Shown: positions 38,253 to 52,137, counted from the stretch's first letter. The stretch: DNA of 64,000 nt from Octopus vulgaris (GCA_951406725.2 OX597826.1:52390001-52454000), one strand, 5' to 3'. The notes: generated from the letters alone by a model not told the origin. Numbers and translations: made by a program.

Positions 38253-38642
38253 ATTGACAGAGTACACCTATGATGAGATCATGATGAAGACAAGCTGAGG
38301 TGCAGTTGGAATCACTTCTGAAGTTCCCAAATTGAACATAAGCTTGCAAAGCGAGCAGCTTACATTCACAGTCATACCTTATAAGAGTATCGATATGCGT
38401 GAATTGACAGAGTACACCTATGATGGGATCATGATGAAGACAAGATGAGGTGCAGTTGGAATCACTTCCGAAGTTCCCAAATTGAACATATGCTTGCAAA
38501 GCGAGCATCTTACATTCACAGTCATACCTTATAAGAGTATTGATATGCGTGAATTGACAAAGTACACCTATGATGCGATCATGATAAAGACAAGCTGAGG
38601 TGCAGTTGGAATCGCTTCCGAAGTTCCCAAATTGAACATATG
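38253..38642. repeat. 150-bp tandem repeat, ~2.6 highly similar copies
   Basis: attgaca.agtacacctatgatg... recurs at 38253, 38403 and 38553. Confidence 0.95.
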
Positions 38643-38721
38643 TGTTTTGGTTTCTACTTCTTATTGCATGAAATCCTTATGGTTTAACAGACAGAGCAAT
38701 CGTTGTATTACCAGATGTATT

Positions 38722-39121
38722 ATTCTTTTCTACTCTAGGCACAAGGCTCAAAATTTTTGCGGAGGGGATCCACTCGATTAGCTCGACCCCAGTATGCAAC
38801 TGGTACTTAATTTATCGACCCCGAAATGATGAAAGGCAAAGTCGACCTCGGCGGAATTTGAACTCAGAACGTAAAGTCAGACAAAATACATATTTCTTTA
38901 CTACCCACAAGGGGCTAAATACAGAGAGGACAAACAAGGACAGACAAACGGATTAAGTTGATTATATCGATCCCAGTGCGTAACTGGTACTTAATTTATC
39001 GATCCCGAAAGGATGAAAGGCCAAGTCGACCTCGGCGGAATTTGAACTCAGAACGTAAAGACAGACAAAATACCGCTAAGCATTTCGTCCGGCGTGCTAA
39101 CGTTTCTGCCAGCTCTCCGCT
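38722..39121 (-). mobile_element. SINE family A with two internal modules
   Basis: Flanked by tgtat(t/g)accagatgtatt TSD; two gaaagg..aagtcgacctcggcggaatttgaactcagaacg modules. Confidence 0.92.
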
Positions 39122-39348
39122 TGTATGACCAGATGTATTGCTGTGACAGACATTCTACATGATCGCTGAATCTGTCAGAAATAACAACCAACACACCATT
39201 AAATCATCATACTTCAAAGTCTTTAAAAATTGGGAGTACAATGAATAATGCGACTCGAGACACACTATGTTTGGAAATAGAATAATCAAAGCTGCAGTGT
39301 CTTTGATATTATCTTTGCTCAATCAGAGTTTACCTTTGGCTGATCAAC

Positions 39349-39409
<61 letters not shown>

Positions 39410-39444
39410 ACACACACACACACAGACGTACACAAACACACACA

Positions 39445-39610
39445 TATACAACGGGATTCTTTCAGTTTCCGTTTACCAAATACACTCACAAGGCATTGGT
39501 GGCCTCGAGGCTATAGTAGAAGACACTTGCCGAAGGTACCACGTAGTGAGACTGAACTCGGAACCATATGCCTGGGAAGCAAGCTTCTCATCACACAGCC
39601 AGGCCTGCGC
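39445..39610 (-). mobile_element. SINE family B 5' half
   Basis: ttcagtttccgtttaccaaa...gctatagtagaagacacttgcc...cacacagcc. Confidence 0.85.
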
Positions 39611-42094
39611 TTATGTATGTATGTATGCATGCATGTATGTACGCATGTATGTATGTATGTATAAGTGTATTTGTGTGTGCGTCGTACCTATGTATGTATG
39701 TATGTATGTATGTATGTATGTATGTATGTATTAAATTATTTTATTTCACATATTCTTGAATCTTCAACTCCAGTATGAACATCGTTTTGTTTCATTTAAT
39801 CACCTCTAAGGCTTCAAATGAAGGCGCGTGGTCTAATGGTAACGACGTTGAGCTCACTCCGTGTAATATCCACTCTATTTAGGTGTAAGTCAGTATCAGC
39901 CTAATGGTGTTATAACTATTTTTTCCAGCTTTTACGCACTAAGATAATTTGTAGGGTTAAAGACTTGAACACATATACAGTGTATGTGTCGATTCGCGAT
40001 TATTATGCATCTACATCAATTAGTGAAACTATGGTACATACAATTAAATGAAATTATTGCGGTGAAATACACTGTGGCGACGGCTGAGATTTCACAGTAA
40101 ATACAATGGAAGAGACGTATTTCTTATAATATCATACTCAACTAAAAATAGAATTCAATTCTAGTACTTCACAGGTCACATTATTTCATTGTTAGTTGAA
40201 GAATGAAAGGCAAACGTGACTCCGATAGGTTTTGATATAAGATTTAAAAATTAGCAAAAGAGTTGCATTTAGCATGATGCTCTACTAATTCTATTAATCC
40301 AACTCATATGCCTTTATGATCAAAAGGTTAGATCAGCTGGTCTTAGTGTTGATTCTCTTACTTGTGGCTTTTAGATTATAAATAAAAAGTATATGGAAGC
40401 TTTTGATTACTTCGTTGGTTGATATTTGAGTTTCAACGCTTTTCAACATCTTACGTAAAATATGTGACACTATGTAGTATTTTATTTAACACATACACTG
40501 TCACACAGATCCACTCAGATACATACGTAGAGACATATGCACGCACGCACCCACATGTATAATGTATAAACTGTTCATAATCCATGTAATATTTAATAAG
40601 TATATTTCCTAACCATTTAAAATCTGTATAAGATATGTATCACACACACAAACTTATGCGTGTGGGTGGGTGCATTTGTGCGCGTGAGCACATGTGTATA
40701 CATGCATATACACATGCATATATAATAAACAGAGTGGTGTATGCGGTTATGTTTATATTTATCACGTCACATAAAGAAACAAAAAGATATTCTTATACTT
40801 ACTATAAAAACGTCTTGAGATATTTTACTCTTAAGAGAATGAAAGGCGTAGCATATATTTTCCCAGTTATGCTCTTTTTTTAATTGATTTTTTGCCATAA
40901 AACCTTGCTGTGCTCATCTCTTTCACACGTGTTCAGATTATGATGGTACGTATATTCTACATGAACTGTTACTCGTCAACGCTCTATGGAAAAACACGGA
41001 GAGGGTAATAATCCTAGAGTACCGACGTCCTCGGGAGTAATGACAGGGTGTAGAGTTTAGCGTAGTTGGAGTGAAGGGATACAGTATGGATGAGATGTAG
41101 AAGAGACGTGAGTGATTGGAAAATTCTGAACGGAAGTGAATCAATAGACTAGAAAGTTCTGAGGAAAAGCTATAACTAGAGTAGCTGTAGAAAAGCCCTA
41201 GGAAATAGCCAGTAATTTTGTTAAGGGTTGGTGTTAGCTGTAAATCATAGGGATTCGAACATCTTGCGCTTTATTATATGACTTCATGCGTATCTTACAA
41301 CATGAAATAGCTCCTTACACTGGGTTGTTGTGTTTTTGTTGGTCTTTAAATTGATTATATTCTTTCTTATTATATTTGGCAGAAAGTGTTCTGCGCAAGA
41401 AGAATTAATGCGTTGCTAACCATTGAATCATGTTAGCTGAGACACGTTTTAATTAGTTTCCGCTATGCCTCTTATAGTGTTTATCTTGATTGTTGCTATT
41501 AAATAAATGAGAAATTCTGGTGCGATTTACGCTACTACTTGAACATCTGGTCTCATTATTCCATTGTTAGAACTCTACAGGGATATTGCTTGTATTTGCA
41601 GCTAACACTTGAGATAGGTCTTTAGGCTTGATTTCTTTGGTAAATTATGGTTTGCATTTACATTATTCTCAAGCTTTTAAAATAATAAATCAATTTTTCT
41701 AATTTAAGTCTATACTAATTTCTATTTTTTTCAACAGATGACAAATAAACGAGTGAAATTAATGAATATATTATTAAAGTATTGCAAATAAAATAAAAGG
41801 GAGTATACATCGCAAAAGCACACTAAATGCTTGATAGAATTAAACATAAAATTTAAAAAAAAAACGATAAAAATAACTAAACTAAAGTAAAACGGTATCT
41901 GAAGGCTGTAATAGAGTTTGTGAATAAATTACTCAGTTTATATTTTTATAAGCAGAATTTAGGCTAGCTGAAATATGTTTGTCACATATTTCAACTGCTA
42001 AAGGCAAACACAGTGCAGTCACCAAGGAAAACCTCTTATATGGTAAAAAGGTGTGAAAACACCCAGTTCATTCATTGTCGCCATCTATTAGGAA

Positions 42095-42138
42095 TCCCAG
42101 ACATCGATGTTTCGAGTTATTGACTCTTGTCAATGAGA
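42095..42138 (-). ncRNA. Type-I hammerhead motif with U3/A8 core variant
   Basis: Minus strand: tctca TTGACAA gagt caata actc GAAA catcgatg TC tggga. Palindromic helix III acatcgatgt, GUC site. Confidence 0.65.
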
Positions 42139-42543
42139 TGTACCAAAGAGAGGCAACTACGAACAAACATAATAAAAAGGTAGCTTTATATATAATTCAG
42201 TCAACACGCCCGATCGAAGTAAACAACGAAGCTTTAGCGTGAAGCAATGTTTAGGTATAAGCAGAATTAAACGGGATTAAACGGTGACATTAAAGAAGCA
42301 TGCAAAATAAGTAGGTCTTATCTGAGAAACAAAGCCGTGTTACAGTACAGCTTTGCCTCTCACTATACTGACGTCAGCAGTAAGTCAATATTTTTATGAC
42401 TTATGAATTAGCAATTGTTTCTTTAATTACGACCATTTAGCTAATGAATTCAAATCCTATTGGTACGAACCTTCCGCCAATTTTACACAACTTAGCTTTC
42501 GGTGGCAGAACCGGTATAGCAGTAGACAAAATACCAACATATA

Positions 42544-42759
42544 CAAGGTGACCCAAAAGTAGGTTTACAGTTATCACGTAGGTACTTTAAATTTCTTTTA
42601 AAACATTTTATTACATTTAAATTTCTATCTTACAATTAACTAGATTAACATAGAATAACGGTTTCATATTTCTTTTTATAATATAACTAAGATCTAAACT
42701 GTTGATATATTAATAAGAAAGAGATAGTTGAATAACTGTAAATCTACTTTTGGGCTACC

Positions 42760-42762
<3 letters not shown>
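42544..42762. mobile_element. Tc1/mariner MITE
   Basis: TA-caaggtgacccaaaagtaggtttacagttat ... ataactgtaaatctacttttgggctaccctg-TA (~30-bp imperfect TIRs, TA TSD). Confidence 0.88.
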
Positions 42763-42807
<45 letters not shown>

Positions 42808-42886
42808 GGATACCTGTGTATACATACATACATACATACATGCATGCATAGATAGCTTGTCTATCTATTTATCTATCTGTCTATCC

Positions 42887-42923
<37 letters not shown>

Positions 42924-44319
42924 GTATATGTATATATATATATGTATGTATGTGTATATGTATATATATATATATGTATGTATGTGTATATGTATATATA
43001 TGTATGTGTATGTATGTATGTATGTATGTATGTATGTATGTATGTATGTATGTATGTATGTGCATATACGTTATAAAATGACATCTGTATTACTTAAGAT
43101 TCGTTATTCATATTTATTTTAGATTCTTCAGAGGTATTTTCATTATGAAACAATATCTGTTTGAGAGAAAAGAAAGAAAAACAAAGAAAACCTTTCATTT
43201 TTATTATATCCATTTCCTTGTTATATTATTTAGTTCGTTAAACAAACCCACCTCGGAAGCATAATCTCCCTTTAATATAATGCATTTTGTGCTGTAAGCT
43301 TGAACGAGCAGAATGAATATGGAAACAAATGAGGTCGATTCGAAAAATTACGAAGGTTTTCGTTCTCAGTTTTAAAGCATCGTGGACAGATTTAATTCGC
43401 TATCTAAAACATAATGTTTTAACTCGATAAAACAATTAACATTTGAGGGAAGAGAATCGCTCGAAGCACCTTATGCTGTTTATTTGCGCATTGAAGTTCG
43501 TTCACGCTATCAATAGTTTAACTTTCCATTCTATTAGAGTAACTGAAAAATAAATTACCATAACTACTACCATTAATACTGGGATCGACCCAATAGTCTA
43601 TACATTATCTCCAAAGACATTTGCCCGGAGAATTAGTTATTCTAGAAAGAATCAGAAGGGACTACAAAGTGATTTATTGACTACTAGCTCCGATAAATAT
43701 AAGACTTCTGCGTGACACTTATATTTAATTACAGAAGATATCATGTGTTCTATGAAACCTCAACAAATCCATAGGATGATTAATGTATTTCTATAGAAAC
43801 TGTCTGGATAAAGCAATTGACTCTGCTGGAAATATATCAGGTATAACGCTTAACCTGAAGGAAAATATACACTGCAGGACAATGATAGTGTTCCCAAGGT
43901 AGGTTTCCAAGTGTGTAGCTTAACACAATGAGTAAGTAGGTTTAAGTTATTCTGTAGTAGTTAAATTATGTAGCTTAGTTTGACCCATTCTGCTACCATC
44001 CCTTATGAGTGGGACTCCTTTCAACATGTGTTGCATCAATTTTGCATTCTGGATCTTAAAAGGTACATCTATACATGAAGGTCTGTGTCTCACTGAAGAT
44101 CCCGAGTTTTGGCTATCAAGTTGTTATATGCCCGTCTGGTTAGGGAAGCATCACTACAGTTTTCAATTACTATTATCATTTTTCACTAAGAGTTGCAAAC
44201 ACTTGTAAATATAGACAAATAATTGTTGATAAAAAAAGGGTTCGTAGGGGAAGTTAATGGATGGATATTGAGGGATTGAATTACATTGGGTTCAAGACAG
44301 AAATGTTATTAGAACGAGA

Positions 44320-44359
<40 letters not shown>

Positions 44360-44827
44360 GTAATGGTATGACAACAAAACAATGAAATAGACCGCGATAT
44401 TATGTAAATAGAGGAAATATATAGAAATCTACACATACGCACACACACACACACACGTGCCCATACCCATACGCGTAGAATTATATTGAAATGCACGTCT
44501 AAGAAATATACAAGCTCTATGTGCATATGCTCACACTCGCGTCCCCGCACACACTCACACACACACACACACACACACAAATTTCATATACATGTCTATA
44601 TACACACATGCATGTGAAAAATGCAGGGTGGAAGGTGTACAAAAAGAAAAAAGGTGTACAAATAAATAAGGCAGTAAAAATATAAAAATATATCTCTACA
44701 AGTATGTAAAAAATATGTAAAAAAAATATATAAGAAATATATATAAAAAGTTTAGAGAGATAAAAAGCTTGTACATGGACACAATATAAAAAGCAAGTCC
44801 TATCTGTGATCTTGGGAGGACCAAAAA

Positions 44828-44953
44828 CGTAACAAATATTTAGCCCTATGTAGACATGATCCAACAAGTTCAGTTCTTGAATTTAGGCATGTAGTGGTGT
44901 CTTAGCTCCTTTTCCAGTTAAGCCATCTTTCCATATCACAAACACCGCACTTT
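44828..44953 (-). pseudogene. Penelope-like element ORF C-terminal remnant
   Basis: KCGVCDMERW...*DTTTCLNSRTELVGSCLHRAKYLL resembles the CxxCxxE...LNxRxE...CxH tail that follows the GIY-YIG domain in PLEs. Confidence 0.6.
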
Positions 44954-45514
44954 TACCTTCCACCCTGTATTTTTCTTATGCGTGTGCGTATCTAGACGTG
45001 TATATGAATTTTTTTTGCGCCCGTGTGTGTGTGTGCGCGCATTTTTTCGTGTACGCGAATGTAAGTGAGCATATGTACATATAGTATGTATGCTCTTTAG
45101 ACGTGCATTTGAATATAACTGTGCGCGTATGGGTATGGACACGTGTGTGTGTGTCTGCGCGCGTGCATGTTGTGGATTTCTATACGTGTACATGCATGGT
45201 TGCGTGTATATGTACATCTAGTTGACGCATGTGTGGGTGCGCATGTGTGTGTTTCATGCGATTCTGAGTGAACATATGCATATAGGCACATGTACGTGGG
45301 TGTGCTTGTGCGCATGTGTATGCATGTAAATGCGCACGCACGCGATTGCTATGAACTTTTTTACTCCCTTACCTTTTACTTTTTACTTTCTCCCCTTCGG
45401 TTTCTTCCCTTAGTTAACGGTCATTCTAATACCTCTTTTGTCTTAATAACAGTCAGTTACATAGTAATTTTCCTTTGTTTAACGGTCATTTTCATAGTAT
45501 ATTGTAATTGCCTC

Positions 45515-45575
45515 GATAACTGAAGAGATGCCGCTGAAGGTTTTCGTCCCGACATCCGAAACTCGGAGTTTTATC
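45515..45575 (+). ncRNA. Type-I hammerhead ribozyme motif
   Basis: gataa CTGAAGA gatg...catc c GAAA ctc g gag TT ttatc. Helix I gataa/ttatc, helix II gatg/catc, helix III actc/gagt with a 1-nt loop. Confidence 0.7.
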
Positions 45576-45617
45576 ATGGCAACCGAATAATTGTCACATA
45601 TTATATTACAAATAATT

Positions 45618-45659
<42 letters not shown>

Positions 45660-45860
45660 AATATTAGGGAATAAATCCAAACTTACAGGGAAAAATCAGA
45701 TTTAGGATTGAATCCAATTTTATAGTAAAATATTATATTATATTAAATTAGAGACAAAACCACTATTAGGCAAATCAAACAATGAAAGACTTAAGCTAAT
45801 ACATATGATTAATTTATATTATTTAAATATGTAACAATTATTAAAAAATATAATTAATAT

Positions 45861-45923
45861 CCACTACGATCGTTTCCTGCCTGCTGTCTTTAAATTTTTG
45901 AGTCGCAGTCATTCATCAGGTGG
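45861..45923 (-). ncRNA. Type-I hammerhead motif (left arm of inverted repeat)
   Basis: Exact reverse complement of 45963-46025. Confidence 0.7.
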
Positions 45924-45962
45924 TTTCAAAATTTTTCTTGGCGAGTTTTAAACAATGAACTA

Positions 45963-46025
45963 CCACCTGATGAATGACTGCGACTCAAAAATTTAAAGAC
46001 AGCAGGCAGGAAACGATCGTAGTGG
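45963..46025 (+). ncRNA. Type-I hammerhead motif (right arm of inverted repeat)
   Basis: ccac CTGATGA atgactgc...gcaggcag GAAA cgatcg TA gtgg. Helix I ccac/gtgg, palindromic helix III acgatcgt, GUA site; helix II imperfect at its base. Confidence 0.7.
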
Positions 46026-46065
46026 ATATTAATTATATTTTTTAATAATTATTACATATTTAAAT

Positions 46066-46120
<55 letters not shown>

Positions 46121-46917
46121 GCTGTAATATCTAGGGTGGGAAAGGTTGTTTAGCTAGCTAGCTTAGATCAGGATGCGTATACACAAATACACATACACTT
46201 TCGCATGTACATGCACTCACACACAGGACATTGGCTATAGAACGTTATGGTTGGAAGATAACACTGCAAAATTGATGCAACACAACAATAGAGATCAGAT
46301 TGGTGCTGTAGATATTTCTAAGAAAATATGTTTAAAATATAATATAATACTAAAAATAAGACAGAAAGGTTTTTTAGCTAAATATAGAGAAATTCTTAGA
46401 CTAAAAATATTAACTTAAAATTTTAAATGTTTGCAATGAATTTACAAAAGAATATAAAATCTAAAAAAATGTGTACATGGTAACTGATGAACAATTTCAG
46501 AAATTTATTTAGCAAATTCCAACTTCAGTACTAATACTTTACGGATTTTCTTCTTCTTGTCTGTACTTTTTCCAGGTTTAATTACTGCTTGTCCTGCACT
46601 CCCACCGGGTTCAATACTTAACAATATTCTAGCATTCTGCACCGGCATTTTTCATTCTAGTTTTTCATTCATTTTTCACACATACACACGAAATTAGCAT
46701 AAACAGCTAGGCTCAATCTGACGCCATATAGAAAACATTCAATCGTCATTAAGTCAGACTAAAGATGCCGAGGTACCTTCATAGTTATAAATAAGAGTCA
46801 AAATACTCTTAATGATGTAGGAAGAACGCAAAATGAATATACACATGCTGACAGGGGAGGTAACCGTCCCATGACCGGCTCCAGGATCCTAATACTAGAT
46901 CTAGTTTCGCCTATACC

Positions 46918-47470
<553 letters not shown>

Positions 47471-47958
47471 ACTCATATATCTAGGCGTACATAGAATAGA
47501 TAGATGTATTCACTTTCTGCTCTAAGCAAAATTTTATACAGAGGAGACTGAATTTATTTTGATTCTCATCTTACTTTCGGTTTCCATTTCCGATCTCTAG
47601 TATACTTGAACATTATTCCGGCTTCCCTTTTGTGGCTTGTTTTCAATTTATTCTTCATTTTCATAATCATTGTTTCAGAGATGTAAGACTTGTTGCCGCT
47701 AGCCATACACGAAAATGCTGAAGGAATTCCGAAATTAATAAATATTTAAGAAGCAATATCGTTTGAAATAGAACAAAAATACGAAATACATTTAATAAGA
47801 TTCTTTTGTTTCCGTATGAGAAATGAATTGGTAATTTTGTGAAGGCAGAACAAGTATAAATGTTACTGTATTCGTCTATAATTCTGATAGTTGTTTCATC
47901 TCACTCTCTCTCGGAATTCTCGCTGCAGTTCTGTAATAATTATAAGTTTTACACACAG

Positions 47959-48003
<45 letters not shown>

Positions 48004-48480
48004 CACACATATATATACAAACACACACTCTCACATACGCGTAGACACATATCTACACATGCATTTATAACGTATAGCTTTGTATTATGTAAGTATGCAT
48101 CCGTGTAAGTGTAAGTGAGAGAGAATGTGTGTGCCTATATATGTGAAGGCATGTTCATAGTTGTGTAAAGCAGACGTTCATCAAGTCTACTCAGCTGAAA
48201 ACGAGTACGACCCCATTATCTGAGAAGCTTGCTCTCTCTCTCTCTCTCTCTCTCTCACTCTTTCTCTTTCGCTTCCTTTCTCTCCCTCTCTTTGTTTTTT
48301 TACTTTTCCTTCCTTAGTCTCTCTCTCTCTCTCCCTTCAGTTGTCAGTTGTTACATCCTCGATGGTCTACTGGATCAAATATGGGAGGGCTGATAGGTTG
48401 TGTACGTCTGCTCAGGATACTGTTGATAATGACGGTTAAGATATCGACACAGGCGCATATATATATATATATATATATAT

Positions 48481-48660
48481 AGGGAGAGTTTACGAAAAAA
48501 AAAGGACGAAGACAGGTGGTGTACAAAATAAACAGATGTATAAGTATAACGCTCAGAATTATAGAAAAAGTCTTTTACATTTCGAGCTTACGCTCTTCTA
48601 CAGAAAGGGACACAGAAAACAAGGAGAGAAAAAAAGTGTGTAGTGGCTAACGATCTATCA
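48481..48660 (-). mobile_element. PLE-terminal-repeat-like cassette with minimal hammerhead (48572-48607), 3' end abutting (TA)n
   Basis: Minus strand: cttt CTGTAGA a gagc gtaa gctc GAAA tg TA aaag. Same architecture as the 36070 and 56540 cassettes. Confidence 0.65.
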
Positions 48661-49012
48661 TATGCATGCATACATACATATATACATACATGCATATGTA
48701 AATATTGGGTGTGTATGTATGTGTGTGTGTGTGTACGTGTGTGTGTGTATGTGTGTGTGTATGTGTGTGTGTGTGTGTGTGTGTGTCTGTGTGTCTGTGT
48801 GTTTCGTGCCTCTTTTTTACCGTTCTGTACTTTTACCGTTGTTGAAAGCTTCCAGTAACATATAATCAATTTTACATTAGAAGGATTTATTAGCCGCTCA
48901 CTCAATCATCTTTCATTTCTGGATCAGGGATTCTGTGAGGCAGGGAGAGAAAAAGAAAATGGACCTCAGTTAATTACTGGTAATATTTGTTAAGACGTAA
49001 CAAAGTATGAAG

Positions 49013-49250
49013 TGGAAGCGCGTGGTTTAGTGGTTAGAGTGTTGGACATATGATCGTAACATTGTGGTCTCGATTCCTAGACCGGACAATGCGCTGTGTT
49101 CTTGAGCAAAACACTTCATTTCATGTTGCTCCAGTCTTCTCGGCTGGCAAAACTGTGTAATCCTGCGACAGAATGGCGTCCTGTCCAGCGGGACATATAC
49201 GCACAACGGAAAACGAGAAATCAGCTCTATGAGTCTATATGACTTGGGAA
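49013..49250 (+). mobile_element. SINE with family-C-type tRNA head
   Basis: gcgcgtggtttagtggttagag...ggtctcgattcc...gttcttgagcaaaacacttcatttc. Confidence 0.75.
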
Positions 49251-49770
49251 GAATCTCTGAGAAAGGGTGAAAGAGAAATTTGAACTCCGAATGATTAAAA
49301 ATAAGATCACAGTGAGAGGAAAGAAATACCATCAAGAACTCTATCAGACGCTCTAACGACTCTATTCTACTGCATATTTCTAGCCGCGGCGGTCAGTCGT
49401 AAGAGCCTCACACTTTTACGGATGATTTATTCAAGATAACTGAGGGTCTTCGGTTCAAGTCTCTGAGTGGGTATAGATGTATGTTGGATGCAAGCATGGT
49501 TGTGTGGTAAATAAGCACCTTTTGCAAACATGTGTGTTTCGACTTCTATCTCACAATGCGGCAACTTAGGAATGCGTCTTCTATAATAGCCCAGCAGGAC
49601 CAACGTCTTGTCATTGGATTTGATAGGTGGAAATTGTGTCATATATATACCTACATGCACACAGACAGACAAATACACACACACATATGCATGTATATAT
49701 ATACATACATGTATGTATGTACGTATCTATCTATGTATCTATCTATTTATCTAAATGTCTTTCTCTACAC

Positions 49771-49957
49771 CAGCGTTTCTCAACCGAGATTCTTCGGAAC
49801 CCTAAGGTTCCGCAAGGGAGACTGAGATAACCTAATGCTAATTTCATGATCATAATATCACTATACATTCACAAAATATTATTGGTTATTGTAATATAAA
49901 CATCATCTTATCTAACCTGTTGCATTATCAAAAAAATAACAACCGTATATATATATG

Positions 49958-50030
<73 letters not shown>

Positions 50031-50270
50031 ACATATATATGCATGTATGTATATGTGTATATATATATATATATGGTATATATATATATATACATATATA
50101 TGTATGTATGTGTGTGTGTTTATATATATATATATGATATTTACAACGTGAACTTCGATGAAAAAATGACGTGAAAGTTATAGTATATAATCTTTTTTTG
50201 TGCAGGGGTTCCTTGAGACATGTAGTTTATTTTAAGGGTTACGCAAGGGTAAAAAAGTTGAGAAACACTG
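49771..50270. mobile_element. hAT (Charlie-like) MITE with internal (TA)n expansion
   Basis: cagcgtttctcaac ... gttgagaaacactg TIRs; 8-bp TSD ctctacac/ctctacat; subterminal gggttcc motifs. Confidence 0.88.
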
Positions 50271-50354
50271 CTCTACATACATACATGTGTGTGCATACAT
50301 ACACACACAGTAACACGCACGCACACACGCACACACAACTCACACATATATATA

Positions 50355-50517
50355 GACGCAGGAGTTGCTGTGTGGTTAGAAGCGTGCTTGTCAACCACAT
50401 GTTTTCGGATCCAGTCGCACTGCGGAGCACCTTGGGAAAATGCTTTCTACAATAGCGTCGGGCCGACCAAAGCCTTGTGAGGGGATTTGATCGGCGGAAA
50501 CTGAAAGAAACCCGTGG
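50355..50517 (+). mobile_element. SINE family B 5' half
   Basis: gacgcaggagttgctgtgtggttagaag...gcaccttggg...ccgaccaaagccttgtgag...ggaaactgaaagaaacccg. Confidence 0.82.
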
Positions 50518-51775
50518 TATATATGTATATATATATATATAGATAGATAGATATGTGTATATACCAAAATGTATATAAAAACTTTAACAATAACATAAAT
50601 ACATAGATAAAATATTGTAATAATGTTTGTTTTCTTCTTTCATACTGGAAATGGTAACTTCTTAGCGATTCAGAAGAAAGACCTTCATCAGGGGGAGCAG
50701 AAGAAAAAGGAGGAAAGAGTGGCAAAAGGAAAGAGAAATAAGAAATTTTGTGTATGTCACTTAAAATTCACGCCATATTACAAATGACCCAAAGTAAAAA
50801 AAAAAAAAAATAGAAGAGATGCAAGTATATTTAAAAATTGTACGTGTGTGTGTGAGTGTGTGTGTGTGCGCGCGCGCGTATGCGTGTGTATGCTTCGTTT
50901 GATTGTTTTTTGTTGTTATTTCGCGTACATATGAAATTTTTTATTATCTCTTGTTGTGCACGTGTTTTACGTGTTTGCGTGTTTGTGTGTGTATGTGCAG
51001 TTTGCATAGAATAGTGGTATGTGTATGTAAGTAAGTATGTATGCATGTATGTATGTATGCATGAGTGAGTGTTTTTATATGTGTTTATATTTGATGTATT
51101 GTAAGCGTGTGTAAACGTGAAATGTGAGCATAAATTTGTTATCTGAAAGTGTGTGTATGTTTATATCGTTGGTCTTTGATTGTGATGTTTGTAATATTTT
51201 GTTTCATGTCTCTGAAGCTGTTTCATATAAAAGACCAGGAAACGGAGAGAGGCCGAGCACCGTAGCTTCATGTCTATAGGTGCATACTTGTACCGAGTGA
51301 TTCCGCGCATGTTTTAGTTGCTTTAGAATATGTAAATATATGTTTCCTTTGATATTTTGTGGGATTTTAAAGTGTGTTCTTGTGTACTATTAGTCGATGC
51401 ACGTGTGAATGCTTTTTGTTCGTCGATGTGTATTCGTAAGTGAGAATGTGTGCGTATGTGTTATTATCTAATTATTTGTCTGTGCATGCTATTGTTTGAA
51501 TGTGTAAGTTAGATTTGTGTTGTTTGTGTGTCTATTGTTTTTTTTAGATTGTGTGTGTGTTTGTGCGTGCGGTGTGTCTGTGCGTGTGGTGTGTTTGTGT
51601 GTGTGTATGTGTGTGGGCGCGCACGCACCTGCGTCACAATGTAGGAATATGCACGTGCGAATGTTTGACTTTTTATTTGCTTTCTTTCTTAAACCTGCGT
51701 ATGTATGTACTGTGTGTATATGTATGTATGAATGTAAGTATGCGTAAATGTATATAAGCATGTATGCATTTATGC

Positions 51776-51806
<31 letters not shown>

Positions 51807-52032
51807 TGTATGTATGTATGTATGTATGTATGTATGTGGGTGTGAGTGTTCGCGTGTGTGTTTATAGAGAATTCAGTATGGTGTGTTTTTAGGCACGTGT
51901 ATGTTTGTGCGTGGGCTTGTGACTGTTGTAGAACGATGAGTGCAAAGTATGTTAGCATGCGTTTGCAGTTGCCTTGGAACTATGTATTGTGTGTGTGTAT
52001 GTGTGTACGTGTATATATATATATATATATAT

Positions 52033-52126
<94 letters not shown>

Positions 52127-52137
52127 ATATATATGTG

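Larger units (their letters stand above)
45655..46067. mobile_element. PLE-like cassette with a 106-bp inverted duplication, inserted in (TA)n
   Basis: 45655-45805 is homologous to 52168-52320. Arms 45819-45924 and 45962-46067 are reverse complements with 1 mismatch and a 37-bp spacer. Confidence 0.85.

Noticed and set aside
38253-38642. CRISPR-like periodicity
   Set aside because: The whole 150-bp unit repeats with no unique spacers; eukaryotic context and no cas genes.
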